Of a stretch of 64,000 bases of DNA, positions 1-9,095 are shown piece after piece (the stretch's first letter is position 1; each line of letters starts with the position of its first letter). Position numbers and translations under genes: made by a program. The DNA is from Dehalococcoidia bacterium (GTDB lineage Bacteria > Chloroflexota > Dehalococcoidia > Plut-88900), in NCBI GenBank assembly GCA_965197645.1, contig OZ240219.1:2880001-2944000 (forward strand). The letters are read 5' to 3'. The notes under the pieces were generated by a model. That model ran no database searches, had not been told where the DNA came from, and worked only from the letters and a program-made list of their open reading frames with translations.

Positions 1-2
1 CC

Positions 3-89
3 AACAGCCAGATGAAGCCTATATACGCGGACCCTGCCAACGTTTCCATCAAGGGCAAGGTGGTCGGCGTCATCAGGCAGCTTATCTGA
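3..89 (+). CDS. lexA: LexA repressor, C-terminal fragment (gene starts before the window)
   Basis: Frame 3 reads NSQMKPIYADPANVSIKGKVVGVIRQLI*, matching the LexA peptidase S24 C-terminal pattern (N..M.PI...V.I.GKVVGVIR). Confidence 0.8.
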   Translation, partial: NSQMKPIYADPANVSIKGKVVGVIRQLI

Positions 90-113
90 ACCCCCAGCCC
101 CCCGGAAAACCAA

Positions 114-144
114 GAAGGCTCTCTACCGAGAGCCTTCCTTTTTT
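114..144 (+). terminator. Intrinsic terminator after lexA
   Basis: GAAGGCTCTC-TACC-GAGAGCCTTC perfect 10-bp stem followed by CTTTTTT. Confidence 0.85.
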
Positions 145-204
145 CGGTCTAATGACAGGCCGACATGTGCGCCCCAAGGGCGGCCCGCCATTCGTCATTC
201 TATC

Positions 205-348
205 CTAGTCCGCTGAAGGCAGCGGTTTCGGCTGCTGTAGGGTCATCTCCTGGCTGCAGCAGTTTACCAGCCCATCGCCGGCCTTCGTGCACAGCACCTG
301 GCTGCCGCAGACATCGCATACAAACCGTTTGCCTAGGAGATTAGCCAT
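205..348 (-). CDS. 47-aa desulforedoxin-like Cys4 metal-binding microprotein (not in ORF track)
   Basis: MANLLGKRFVCDVCGSQVLCTKAGDGLVNCCSQEMTLQQPKPLPSAD*; C-x2-C-x15-CC spacing; purine-rich RBS (AGGGGGAAAG) before the ATG. Confidence 0.8.
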   Translation of the reverse strand: MANLLGKRFVCDVCGSQVLCTKAGDGLVNCCSQEMTLQQPKPLPSAD

Positions 349-386
349 ATCTTTCCCCCTACTGAATTTTCATCGATGGGCGATGG

Positions 387-503
387 TTACTTGAGCACCA
401 TCTCCTTGCCGCAGCATACTATGGTGCCGTCACCGCCCCTGGTCACTATGAACTCGGACCCGCAGGTCTCACATCTGTACCTTTTGCCTGTTTGATTACC
501 CAA
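387..503 (-). CDS. 38-aa desulforedoxin-like microprotein, TTG start (not in ORF track)
   Basis: MGNQTGKRYRCETCGSEFIVTRGGDGTIVCCGKEMVLK*; C-x2-C-x15-CC-G-x2-M as in desulforedoxin; GAGAGGCAGGA upstream. Confidence 0.8.
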   Translation of the reverse strand: MGNQTGKRYRCETCGSEFIVTRGGDGTIVCCGKEMVLK

Positions 504-765
504 TTCCTGCCTCTCGTCTGTCCGTAGTCTCTTGGGCCGCTCTCAGGAAACAGCACGCCTGTAGCGGCATAGCGAACAGATTATAGCTACCACGTTCCGA
601 TCTCGTCAACAGATTGCAGCCTTGATATGTGAAGATTATTGCAAGCGCCGTCTTGCTGGTGCTATGATTGTCTACCATTAACTATAGTCAGCACAATCAC
701 TAGGTTCCAATCACCCTTCAACGCACCGCGCGCAACACACCTTCACGGCTGCCGGGAACGTCATT

Positions 766-1569
766 TTGAATCGAATTCCAACCACCTTCGAAAGGCTGAA
801 GAGAGAGCATCGCACCGGCGTCGCTCTATACCTGACCGTCGGATTCCCCGACCGCGAGTCGACCCTGCCCTTGCTCACCGCAATGGTCGAAGGCGGCGTT
901 GATTTTCTAGAGCTCGGCGTCCCGTTCAGCGACCCTCTAGCCGATGGAGCCACCATTCAACGTGCCAACCAGGTGGCGTTGAAGAACAACATAACTCTGC
1001 GGGACTGCCTGGATGTTTGCGCCGAGGCCCGGCGCCGGTTTTCCGATATACCCATCCTCATGATGGGCTACTGTAATCCACTGTTCAGCTACGGGTTGGA
1101 TCGGTTCGCCCGGGACGGTGCAGAGGCCGGCTTAGACGGCCTGATCCTCGTCGATCTACCTCCCGAGGAGTCCGGGCCTGTTGTGGAGGCTTGCCGGCCC
1201 CGGGGAATGGAGGTCATCTACCTGCTGGCCCCGACTAGCACCGACGAGCGTCTCCGCACTATTTGCGACGCCTCTACCAGCCTCATCTACTGTGTCAGCG
1301 TGACTGGAGTGACCGGCGCTCGGCGGGAAGTCGCCAGCGACCTGCCCGACTTCATTTCGCGTATAAGGAAGGTGACATCGACACCCCTGGTTGTGGGTTT
1401 TGGCATATCAACCCGGGCTCACGTTGAGGCCGTCGGGGAGCACGCGGACTCCGTAGTGGTAGGAAGCGCCCTAATCCGCCTGATCGATGATTCACCCCCT
1501 TCTGAACGGACCGCCAGAGTGAGAGAATACGCAGAAGAGCTGGCCGGGCGACGGGCCCTGGCCGTCTAA
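766..1569 (+). CDS. trpA: Tryptophan synthase alpha chain
   Basis: LELGVPFSDPLADGATIQ, YCVSVTGVTG and VGFGIS motifs. Confidence 0.97.
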   Translation: MNRIPTTFERLKREHRTGVALYLTVGFPDRESTLPLLTAMVEGGVDFLELGVPFSDPLADGATIQRANQVALKNNITLRDCLDVCAEARRRFSDIPILMMGYCNPLFSYGLDRFARDGAEAGLDGLILVDLPPEESGPVVEACRPRGMEVIYLLAPTSTDERLRTICDASTSLIYCVSVTGVTGARREVASDLPDFISRIRKVTSTPLVVGFGISTRAHVEAVGEHADSVVVGSALIRLIDDSPPSERTARVREYAEELAGRRALAV

Positions 1570-1581
1570 GGAGCTATAGGT

Positions 1582-1959
1582 TTGTGGTGCAGAGGGATAC
1601 GCGGCGCCACCACAGTGGAGGAAAACACAAAAGAGGCGATATTGGACGCTACCAGGGAGCTCCTTCAGATCATGGTCGAAGCCAACGATGTAGCGGTTGA
1701 CGACGTCGGTTCGGCGACCTTCACTACCACCTCCGATATCAACGCAGAGTATCCCGCCGTAGCCGCCCGGCAGTTGGGTTGGCACGATGCCGCACTGCTC
1801 TGCGGCCACGAGATGAACGTCCCGGACAGCCTGACCAAATGCATACGCATCCTGCTGATGTACAACACCGAAAAGAGCGCCCAGGAGATCAACCACATCT
1901 ATATCAAGAACGCAGTGAATCTAAGGCCGCCCAGAGACGGCGGCGAAACTCAGTCCTGA
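1582..1959 (+). CDS. aroH: AroH-type chorismate mutase
   Basis: RGIRGATTV, YPAVAAR, CIRIL and LRP motifs; AAGGAG RBS. Confidence 0.95.
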   Translation: MWCRGIRGATTVEENTKEAILDATRELLQIMVEANDVAVDDVGSATFTTTSDINAEYPAVAARQLGWHDAALLCGHEMNVPDSLTKCIRILLMYNTEKSAQEINHIYIKNAVNLRPPRDGGETQS

Positions 1960-1975
1960 GCCAGGGAGCACGACA

Positions 1976-3001
1976 ATGATTGTCATCATGAGGCCCGAAA
2001 GTACCGTAGAGGAGATCACCGCAATCCAGGAGCGCCTGGAGGAGATGGGCCTGCAGACCCATCTTTCCGAGGGCGTCGAGAGGACGGTTATCGGAGTCAT
2101 CGGCAAGACCTATCCTGAACTCAAGGACACTCTGGAATACATGGATGGGGTGTCCGAGGTTGTGCGCGTATCCAAGGCTTTCAAGCTACCCAGCCGCGAT
2201 TTTCACCCGGACGACACGTTAATCGAGGTCGGTGGTGTAGTAATCGGTGGCCCGGACCCCGTCATCATGGCAGGACCCTGCGCCGTCGAGAACCAGGAGC
2301 AACTCTTCAAGACCGCCCGTGCCGTCAAAGCCGCCGGCGCCAACGTCCTTCGCGGCGGCGCCTTCAAACCTCGCACGTCTCCTTACAGCTTCCGAGGCCT
2401 GGGTGAGGACGGTCTGCGGCTCCTTGCTGAGGCCAGGGCCGAGTTCGACCTCCCCATCATCACTGAGGTTATGGCCCCGCAAGACGTGGAGCTGGTCGCC
2501 AGGTACGCCGATATCCTTCAAGTCGGCGCGCGGAACATGCAGAACTTCAACCTGCTCGACGAGGTGGGCCGCAGCGATAAGCCGGTCATGGTCAAACGAG
2601 GCCTATCTGCCACCATCGAAGAGTGGCTCCTCGCCGCCGAATACGTCCTCGCCGAGGGTAACTCCCAGGTCATGCTTTGCGAACGGGGCATCCGCACCTT
2701 CGAGACCTTTACCCGCAACACCCTGGATATCAGTGCGGTGCCCGTCATCAAACGATTGAGCCACCTGCCCATCATCGCCGACCCTAGCCACGCCACCGGA
2801 AAATGGTATCTGGTATCTCCCATGGCCCTGGCCGCCATGGCTGCCGGCGCCCACGGCATCATCGTCGAGGTGCACCCCACTCCGGAGACCGCGCTCTGCG
2901 ACGGGGCCCAGGCCCTGACCTTCGAGTCCTTTGAGAGCATGATGCAAAAGCTGAGCGTCATCGTCCAACCCTTGCGGGAGCTCACCCCCCAGCGCGCCTG
3001 A
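1976..3001 (+). CDS. aroF: DAHP synthase type I-beta with N-terminal regulatory domain
   Basis: AGPCAVE, RGGAFKPRTSPYSF, GARNMQNF and DPSHATG motifs. Confidence 0.96.
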   Translation: MIVIMRPESTVEEITAIQERLEEMGLQTHLSEGVERTVIGVIGKTYPELKDTLEYMDGVSEVVRVSKAFKLPSRDFHPDDTLIEVGGVVIGGPDPVIMAGPCAVENQEQLFKTARAVKAAGANVLRGGAFKPRTSPYSFRGLGEDGLRLLAEARAEFDLPIITEVMAPQDVELVARYADILQVGARNMQNFNLLDEVGRSDKPVMVKRGLSATIEEWLLAAEYVLAEGNSQVMLCERGIRTFETFTRNTLDISAVPVIKRLSHLPIIADPSHATGKWYLVSPMALAAMAAGAHGIIVEVHPTPETALCDGAQALTFESFESMMQKLSVIVQPLRELTPQRA

Positions 3002-3255
3002 TCCTGAAATCCCGGTTCCGTATCTCACATCCAGGGTGTCCGGGGGGGAAACGAGCCTCCGGCGGACAGTAGCATCCCCCGACCCCACGAGGGCTTACAC
3101 GCCACTGTCATTTGATGCACCCTAGCAGATTTTGCTCTTGGGGAGGGGGAGCATGCGGACGCAATCCGGGACGGGCAATTGACCTGGGAGAAAAGACCTA
3201 CCTGGGTGTCAGGCAGGTCCCGCAAGCGTTATCAATCATCCTTGAGCGCTCCACC

Positions 3256-3283
3256 TTGCCGTTGGAACGTTTTTGTGTACAAT
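3256..3283 (+). promoter_or_regulatory. Putative sigma70 promoter of the DsrE-like operon
   Basis: TTGCCG-16 nt-TACAAT with TG extension, about 55 nt upstream of 3339. Confidence 0.55.
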
Positions 3284-3338
3284 TGCTCTTCGCTAGGAAG
3301 ACTGTACGACAAGACCGTAGATCCTCACGGAGGTGTAG

Positions 3339-3671
3339 ATGGCGAACTACCTGTTGGTCGAGTCCAGAGATCCCTTCGAGTATGGGGACGTCGGCTACTT
3401 TACCGGAGTAGCCAGCGATCTCGCCGGCGCGGGCAACGACGTCACCCTGTTCTTGATACAAAACGCCGTCCTCATGTCCCGAAAGGGCGTCGCCGGCGAT
3501 CCCCTCGCCTCGTGCCTCTCCTCGAATAAGATCGACGTCAAGGCGGACGAGTTCTCACTCAAGGAACGAGGCATCGGCGCCGCGTCGATGGCAGCGGGAG
3601 TAACAGCCAGCGACGTCGATGAGCTGGTGGACCTTTTGACCCAGGACGGGATTAAGGCCGTCTGGCACTAG
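3339..3671 (+). CDS. DsrE/DsrF/DsrH-superfamily protein (subunit 1)
   Basis: VTLFLIQNAV and ADEFSLKERGI patterns of the DsrEFH fold; GGAGG RBS. Confidence 0.8.
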   Translation: MANYLLVESRDPFEYGDVGYFTGVASDLAGAGNDVTLFLIQNAVLMSRKGVAGDPLASCLSSNKIDVKADEFSLKERGIGAASMAAGVTASDVDELVDLLTQDGIKAVWH

Positions 3672-3687
3672 AGAGGAGCAGCTAATC

Positions 3688-4086
3688 ATGGCCAAGACCC
3701 TTACCGTATCTTTTATGGACTCCCCTTACGAATCGGAGACCACCACTACCGTCCTCCGCATCGTCGATTCCGCACTGAACAAAGGACACAACGTCAACGT
3801 GTTTGCCTATGAAGGCGCTGTGACCCTCACCATGAGCGAGCAGTCCCCTCACCCCAACCCGGTTAAGGGCACCTCAATCGAGGAGCAGGACCACCCTACC
3901 ACGTCCAAGTTCGTCGAGGGGTTGTTCAAGAAGAGCAAAGGCAAGCTCGACTGGATCAACTGAGGCCTCTGCGTGGATGAGCGTGGCTCGTCCAACTGGA
4001 TCGAAGGCCCTCGAAGGGGCGCCCCCAAGGACCTGCTGGACTGGTCTCAGTCCAGCGATAGCACCCTGATCATAGGTTGCCGATAG
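3688..4086 (+). CDS. DsrE/TusD-like protein, 132 aa, predicted selenoprotein (Sec92 at TGA 3961-3963, UxxC)
   Basis: N-terminus DSPYES..ALNKGHNVNVFAYEGAV is DsrE-like. The frame continues past TGA as U-GLCVDERG...DSTLIIGCR-TAG, with a SECIS-like hairpin downstream. The stop abuts the RBS of the next gene. Confidence 0.85.
3974..3994 (+). promoter_or_regulatory. Candidate bacterial SECIS element
   Basis: TGGATGAGC-GTG-GCTCGTCCA: 9-bp stem (one G-U pair) with a G-containing apical loop, starting at +11 after the UGA. Confidence 0.75.
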
Positions 4087-4096
4087 GAGGACTCAA

Positions 4097-4480
4097 GTGG
4101 CCAAGATACTCAGCATCATGGAGCGGGCCTACCACGGCACCCTGGAAGAGCAGGACGATACCAACATGTGGATCACCGCTGCCATGACCGGCGCCGGCGG
4201 CGAATTCTCCGTCCTCCTGCGGGGAAATGCCGTTAACTACGCCGTTAAGGGTCAGGATGCCAGCGGTCTGACCATAGGCGACGTTCCACTCAGCGTCCCG
4301 CCCAAGCTCGATGAAGACCTGGCCGACCTCATCGGCAAAGGAGTCGACGTTTACGCCGTCCTGGACGACATACAGGCACGGGCGATAACGGCGGCCGACC
4401 TGATAGACGGCGTCAAGGTCATCCCTCAGGCCAAGATCGCCGAGCTGTGGGACCAGCACGATTCTATCTGGCACTGGTAA
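4097..4480 (+). CDS. DsrF/TusC-like protein (subunit 3)
   Basis: ERAYHGTLEEQDDT, SVLLRGNAV and VYAVLDDIQARAI; no Cys; AGGAGG RBS at 4085-4090. Confidence 0.8.
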   Translation: MAKILSIMERAYHGTLEEQDDTNMWITAAMTGAGGEFSVLLRGNAVNYAVKGQDASGLTIGDVPLSVPPKLDEDLADLIGKGVDVYAVLDDIQARAITAADLIDGVKVIPQAKIAELWDQHDSIWHW

Positions 4481-4498
4481 CAGACCACTGGAAGCCTC

Positions 4499-4529
4499 AA
4501 GGGGGAGCGGGGTAGCCACTCCCCCTTTT
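4499..4529 (+). terminator. Intrinsic terminator closing the DsrE-like operon
   Basis: AAGGGGGAG...CTCCCCCTT stem followed by T run. Confidence 0.8.
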
Positions 4530-4612
4530 CAATTGCCCGTTTTTCAACCGCTGTGATATACTGCTTGAACTAATTCCCCTACGCTTGGAGGAGGCCCGGT
4601 CCCAGGATTGTT

Positions 4613-5524
4613 ATGGTAGAACTAAAAGAACCTACAACCCAGCAGGCGGAGGCGCCCGAGGCGCCCCCGCCCGTCACGATGAAGCTACTGCTGGAATCAG
4701 GGGTCCACTTCGGGCACCAGACGCGACGATGGCACCCGAAGATGAGATCCTTCATTTTCACGCAGCGCAACGGCATCCACATCATAGACCTCCAGCAGAC
4801 TATGACCAAGCTGGAGGAGGCCTGCGAATACGTCAAAGAGCTGGTGGCCGACGGAGGCGAAATCCTCTTCGTCGGCACCAAGAAGCAGGCCCAAGACGTG
4901 GTGGAAGAGGCCGCCACCCGCTGCGGCATGCACTATGTCAAGACCCGCTGGCTGGGAGGCACCCTGACCAATTTCAACACCATCCAGGGCCGCATCGACT
5001 ATCTGGTCAGGCTGGAGGACCGCAAGGCCAAGGGAGGCCTCGAAGCTCTTCCGAAGAAAGAGGCCCTAGAGCTTGGACGCCAGATGGTCCGCATGAACCG
5101 TCTGATGTCCGGAATCAAGGAGATGACCAGGCTCCCCGACGCTGTGTTCGTCATCGATCCGGGCAAGGAGTCCATCGCCGTCGCAGAGGCCAGACGAATG
5201 GACGTCCCCATCGTCGCCATCGTCGACACCGATTGTGACCCCAACCTCATCGACTACCCCGTCCCGGGCAACGACGACGCCATTCGCTCGGTCAAGCTGA
5301 TGTGTGGCAAACTGGCCGACTCCGTGTTGGAGGGCATCAGCCTCCGGCTCCAGAGGGTGGAGGAGGAGCAAAAGCTGATGGAGGAGTCCATGGAAGACCT
5401 GCCCGCGGATTCCCCCAATGCACCCGCCTCCGAGCTCGAGACCGGCGACCCGGTTCCGGAACCCCCAGTAGTCACCGAGGCCGAGTTCAAACAACCCGAA
5501 GAGTCCCCGAAACCGGCGGATTGA
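4613..5524 (+). CDS. rpsB: 30S ribosomal protein S2
   Basis: [29 protein letters not shown] and PGNDDAIRS motifs. Confidence 0.99.
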   Translation: MVELKEPTTQQAEAPEAPPPVTMKLLLESGVHFGHQTRRWHPKMRSFIFTQRNGIHIIDLQQTMTKLEEACEYVKELVADGGEILFVGTKKQAQDVVEEAATRCGMHYVKTRWLGGTLTNFNTIQGRIDYLVRLEDRKAKGGLEALPKKEALELGRQMVRMNRLMSGIKEMTRLPDAVFVIDPGKESIAVAEARRMDVPIVAIVDTDCDPNLIDYPVPGNDDAIRSVKLMCGKLADSVLEGISLRLQRVEEEQKLMEESMEDLPADSPNAPASELETGDPVPEPPVVTEAEFKQPEESPKPAD

Positions 5525-5527
5525 TCC

Positions 5528-6031
5528 GTGCCAGTATCCACCGAATCGATAAAAGAGTTGAGAGAGCGCTCGGGCGCGGGCATCATGGACTGCAAGCGAG
5601 CGCTGGAGGAGGCCCAGGGCGTCATCGAGGAAGCGGAAAAGCTGCTGGCCGCCAAGGGCCTCGCCGCTGCTACCAAGAAGGCGGAACGAGTCGCCGAGCA
5701 GGGTCTGGTTGAGACCTATATCCACGCCGGCGGTAAGCTGGGCGCCATGGTGGAGGTCAACTGCGAGACCGATTTCGTAGCCCGTACAGACGAGTTCAAG
5801 ACTCTAGCCCACGAAATCGCCATGCAGGTTGCGGCTATGGACCCTCAGTACGTCTCCCAAGACGACATGCCCGAGGATTCCACCGACGTACTGGAAGAGG
5901 TCTGCCTGCTCAATCAGGCCTTCATTCGAGACCCCGAAAGAACCATCCAGGACCTGGTCACGGAGACCATCGCCCGGACCGGTGAGAACATCAAAGTAAG
6001 GCGGTACGCCAGGTTCGAACTGGGCAAGTGA
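5528..6031 (+). CDS. tsf: Elongation factor Ts (short form)
   Basis: LRERSGAGIMDCKRAL and EVNCETDFVA motifs. Confidence 0.98.
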   Translation: MPVSTESIKELRERSGAGIMDCKRALEEAQGVIEEAEKLLAAKGLAAATKKAERVAEQGLVETYIHAGGKLGAMVEVNCETDFVARTDEFKTLAHEIAMQVAAMDPQYVSQDDMPEDSTDVLEEVCLLNQAFIRDPERTIQDLVTETIARTGENIKVRRYARFELGK

Positions 6032-6041
6032 GCTAGTCTAA

Positions 6042-6785
<744 letters not shown>

Positions 6786-6905
6786 TCCGCCTTTATGGCA
6801 TAAGACCTTGTTCAACGCCCCCTCTTACCGTTACAATCATCCGCACGGCTGTCACGTTTTCCTATTGGGCGCCCAGGTTTGCCGGCGCCAAATGCGCGGG
6901 TTACG

Positions 6906-7463
6906 ATGACTGACAAAGCTATATCCGACGCCGAAAGCAAGATGAAGAGCGCCAACGAGGCGTTGCGTCGGGATCTTGCCACCCTCAGGACGGGCCGGGC
7001 AAGTACCGGCATCGTTGAGAACCTGCAGGTGGAGGCCTACGGCGCACCCATGCCCCTGAACCAGCTCGCCAGCCTATCGGTGCCCGAGGCCAGGCTCATC
7101 ACCATCCAGCCGTGGGACAAACAGAACCTGGCCCAGATAGAACGGGCCATCCTCCAGGCCAATCTGGGGCTAAATCCCAGCAACGATGGCACCATCCTCC
7201 GTATCCCCATACCCGCCCTTACCGAGGAGCGCAGGAAGGAGCTGGTGAAGATGGTCCATCAGCGGGTCGAAGAGGGCCGAGTTAGCCTACGCAACGCCCG
7301 TCGGGACTCCATCGATCAGGTCCGCAGCCAGGAGAAGAAGAAGGAAGTATCCGAGGACGAAAGGCGCAGGGCCGAGGACCGGCTTCAGAAGCTGACCGAC
7401 GACTATACCAACAAGATCAATGAGCTGGGGCAGGCCAAAGAGAAGGAGTTGATGGAGGACTGA
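6906..7463 (+). CDS. frr: Ribosome recycling factor
   Basis: LRTGRA, IQPWDK and PALTEERRKELVK motifs; ATG 6906 preferred over TTG 6879. Confidence 0.97.
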   Translation: MTDKAISDAESKMKSANEALRRDLATLRTGRASTGIVENLQVEAYGAPMPLNQLASLSVPEARLITIQPWDKQNLAQIERAILQANLGLNPSNDGTILRIPIPALTEERRKELVKMVHQRVEEGRVSLRNARRDSIDQVRSQEKKKEVSEDERRRAEDRLQKLTDDYTNKINELGQAKEKELMED

Positions 7464-7498
7464 CCCGCTCAAATCCCAGTTCCCATTAAAGAATCCCA

Positions 7499-8245
7499 GT
7501 GACAATACAACCCATCGAGGTGGACGAGTCCCAGGAACCCGAGTCCGAAATCGCCAACACCCCGCAGCACGTCGCCATCATCATGGACGGCAACGGGCGT
7601 TGGGCGCAAAAGCGGAGCCTTCCCCGTTTGGAGGGTCACCGGGTGGGCATCGATAACATCAGGCGGGTCATCGAGACCTTCGCCGATTTCCATGTCCCCT
7701 ACCTGACACTCTTCGCTTTCTCCACCGAAAACTGGAGCCGCCCCGAAGAGGAGGTCTACGGGCTGATCCGTTTCCTCGCCTCCTCCATAGAGGAAGAGAC
7801 CAGGAACCTGCACGAAAAGGGCGTGAGGATACGCCACCTCGGGAGGATGGACCGATTGCCCAAGGACGTGCAGGTGTCCATTGACAAAGCCCTCGATCTG
7901 ACCAAGAACAACGACGTCATCACCGTTTCCATCGCCTTCGATTACGGCGGCCGCGACGAGATTCTCCAGGCGATGCAACAGATCGCCAGGGACGGAATCC
8001 CCACCGACGCCATCGACGAGCAGCTGGTCTCCAGGTACCTCTACACCGACGGCATTCCGGACCCGGACATGATTATCCGTACCGCCGGAGAGCTGCGCCT
8101 CAGCAATTTCCTCATCTGGCAGTCCGCCTACAGCGAGTACTACTTCACCGACAAGACCTGGCCTGACTTCGACCGTGAAGAAGTCCGAAAGGCTCTCCAG
8201 GCTTATTCATACAGGCAAAGAAGGTTCGGCAGAGTACGGGTCTGA
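7499..8245 (+). CDS. uppS: Isoprenyl (undecaprenyl) diphosphate synthase
   Basis: HVAIIMDGNGRWA, FSTENWSRP and RLSNFLIWQ motifs. Confidence 0.98.
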   Translation: MTIQPIEVDESQEPESEIANTPQHVAIIMDGNGRWAQKRSLPRLEGHRVGIDNIRRVIETFADFHVPYLTLFAFSTENWSRPEEEVYGLIRFLASSIEEETRNLHEKGVRIRHLGRMDRLPKDVQVSIDKALDLTKNNDVITVSIAFDYGGRDEILQAMQQIARDGIPTDAIDEQLVSRYLYTDGIPDPDMIIRTAGELRLSNFLIWQSAYSEYYFTDKTWPDFDREEVRKALQAYSYRQRRFGRVRV

Positions 8246-8264
8246 GCCGGACATAGCTCCTGTG

Positions 8265-9095
8265 ATGGACACGTTCAGGCGTTACGCCCGGGCGAGGCGC
8301 GGTCTGGAGTTGCGGCTCCTCAGCGCTCTGGTCGGCCTACCCTCGCTCTTCGCAATCATCTGGTTCGGCGAGTCCTGGTTCTCCATCGCCATCGCCGCCG
8401 TCGCCCTGCTGGGCCTGCGAGAGTTCTACTCGCTGGTTTCCGTCAAATGGGGCCGACTTATGTTTGTGCCGGGTGCATTGGGGACCATCCTGTTCATTCT
8501 CAACGCCCGGTTCTCAGGCACCGATACCATGGGCTTCGTCGCCGCTGGAATCGTAGGCGTCTCCCTGCTCGTGTTCCCGTTGAGAAGGCGATGGAGGAGC
8601 GATTTCGCGCCCTGGCTCTGGACCGTTGTTGGTATATTCCTCTTCGGATGGGCCCTTAGCTACTGGATTCTTCTCAGGGACATCGAAGATGGGCGAGGGT
8701 GGGTGTTCCTCGTCGTCGCCACCATCTTTGCCGCCGATACCGGGGCTTACTTCGTCGGCCGAGCCATAGGCCGCCATAAACTGGCGCCGAGGCTGAGCCC
8801 GGCCAAGACGTGGGAAGGGGCCGTGGGAGGCGGGGCCGCAGCGCTCGGGGTGGCCGTTCTGGCGGACTACGTTACCGGTCTGCCTATCTCCGTGGTGGAG
8901 GCCCTCGTAGTCGGTGCTATAGCTGCCATAGTGTCTCCCGTAGGGGACCTGTCCGAATCGTATCTGAAGCGAAAAGCCGGAGAGAAGGAGGCCGGCCGGC
9001 TGGTGCCGGGCCACGGAGGCGTCATGGACCGGCTCGATAGCATCCTCCCCACTACCGTGGTGCTATACTATTATGTCCAATGGGTGACCGATTGA
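8265..9095 (+). CDS. cdsA: Phosphatidate cytidylyltransferase (start uncertain)
   Basis: SPAKTWEG, GDLSESYLKR and PGHGGVMDRLDS motifs; multiple TM helices. Confidence 0.95.
   Translation: MDTFRRYARARRGLELRLLSALVGLPSLFAIIWFGESWFSIAIAAVALLGLREFYSLVSVKWGRLMFVPGALGTILFILNARFSGTDTMGFVAAGIVGVSLLVFPLRRRWRSDFAPWLWTVVGIFLFGWALSYWILLRDIEDGRGWVFLVVATIFAADTGAYFVGRAIGRHKLAPRLSPAKTWEGAVGGGAAALGVAVLADYVTGLPISVVEALVVGAIAAIVSPVGDLSESYLKRKAGEKEAGRLVPGHGGVMDRLDSILPTTVVLYYYVQWVTD

Noticed and set aside
496-678. 60-aa minus-strand ORF upstream of the microproteins
   Set aside because: No motif or RBS support; it lies in the divergent promoter region.
3961-3963. TGA as a real stop or pseudogene lesion in the DsrE-like gene
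   Set aside because: It falls exactly on the catalytic Cys column, is followed by a conserved-looking open frame and a SECIS-like hairpin, and read-through closes a 133-nt gap to the next gene.
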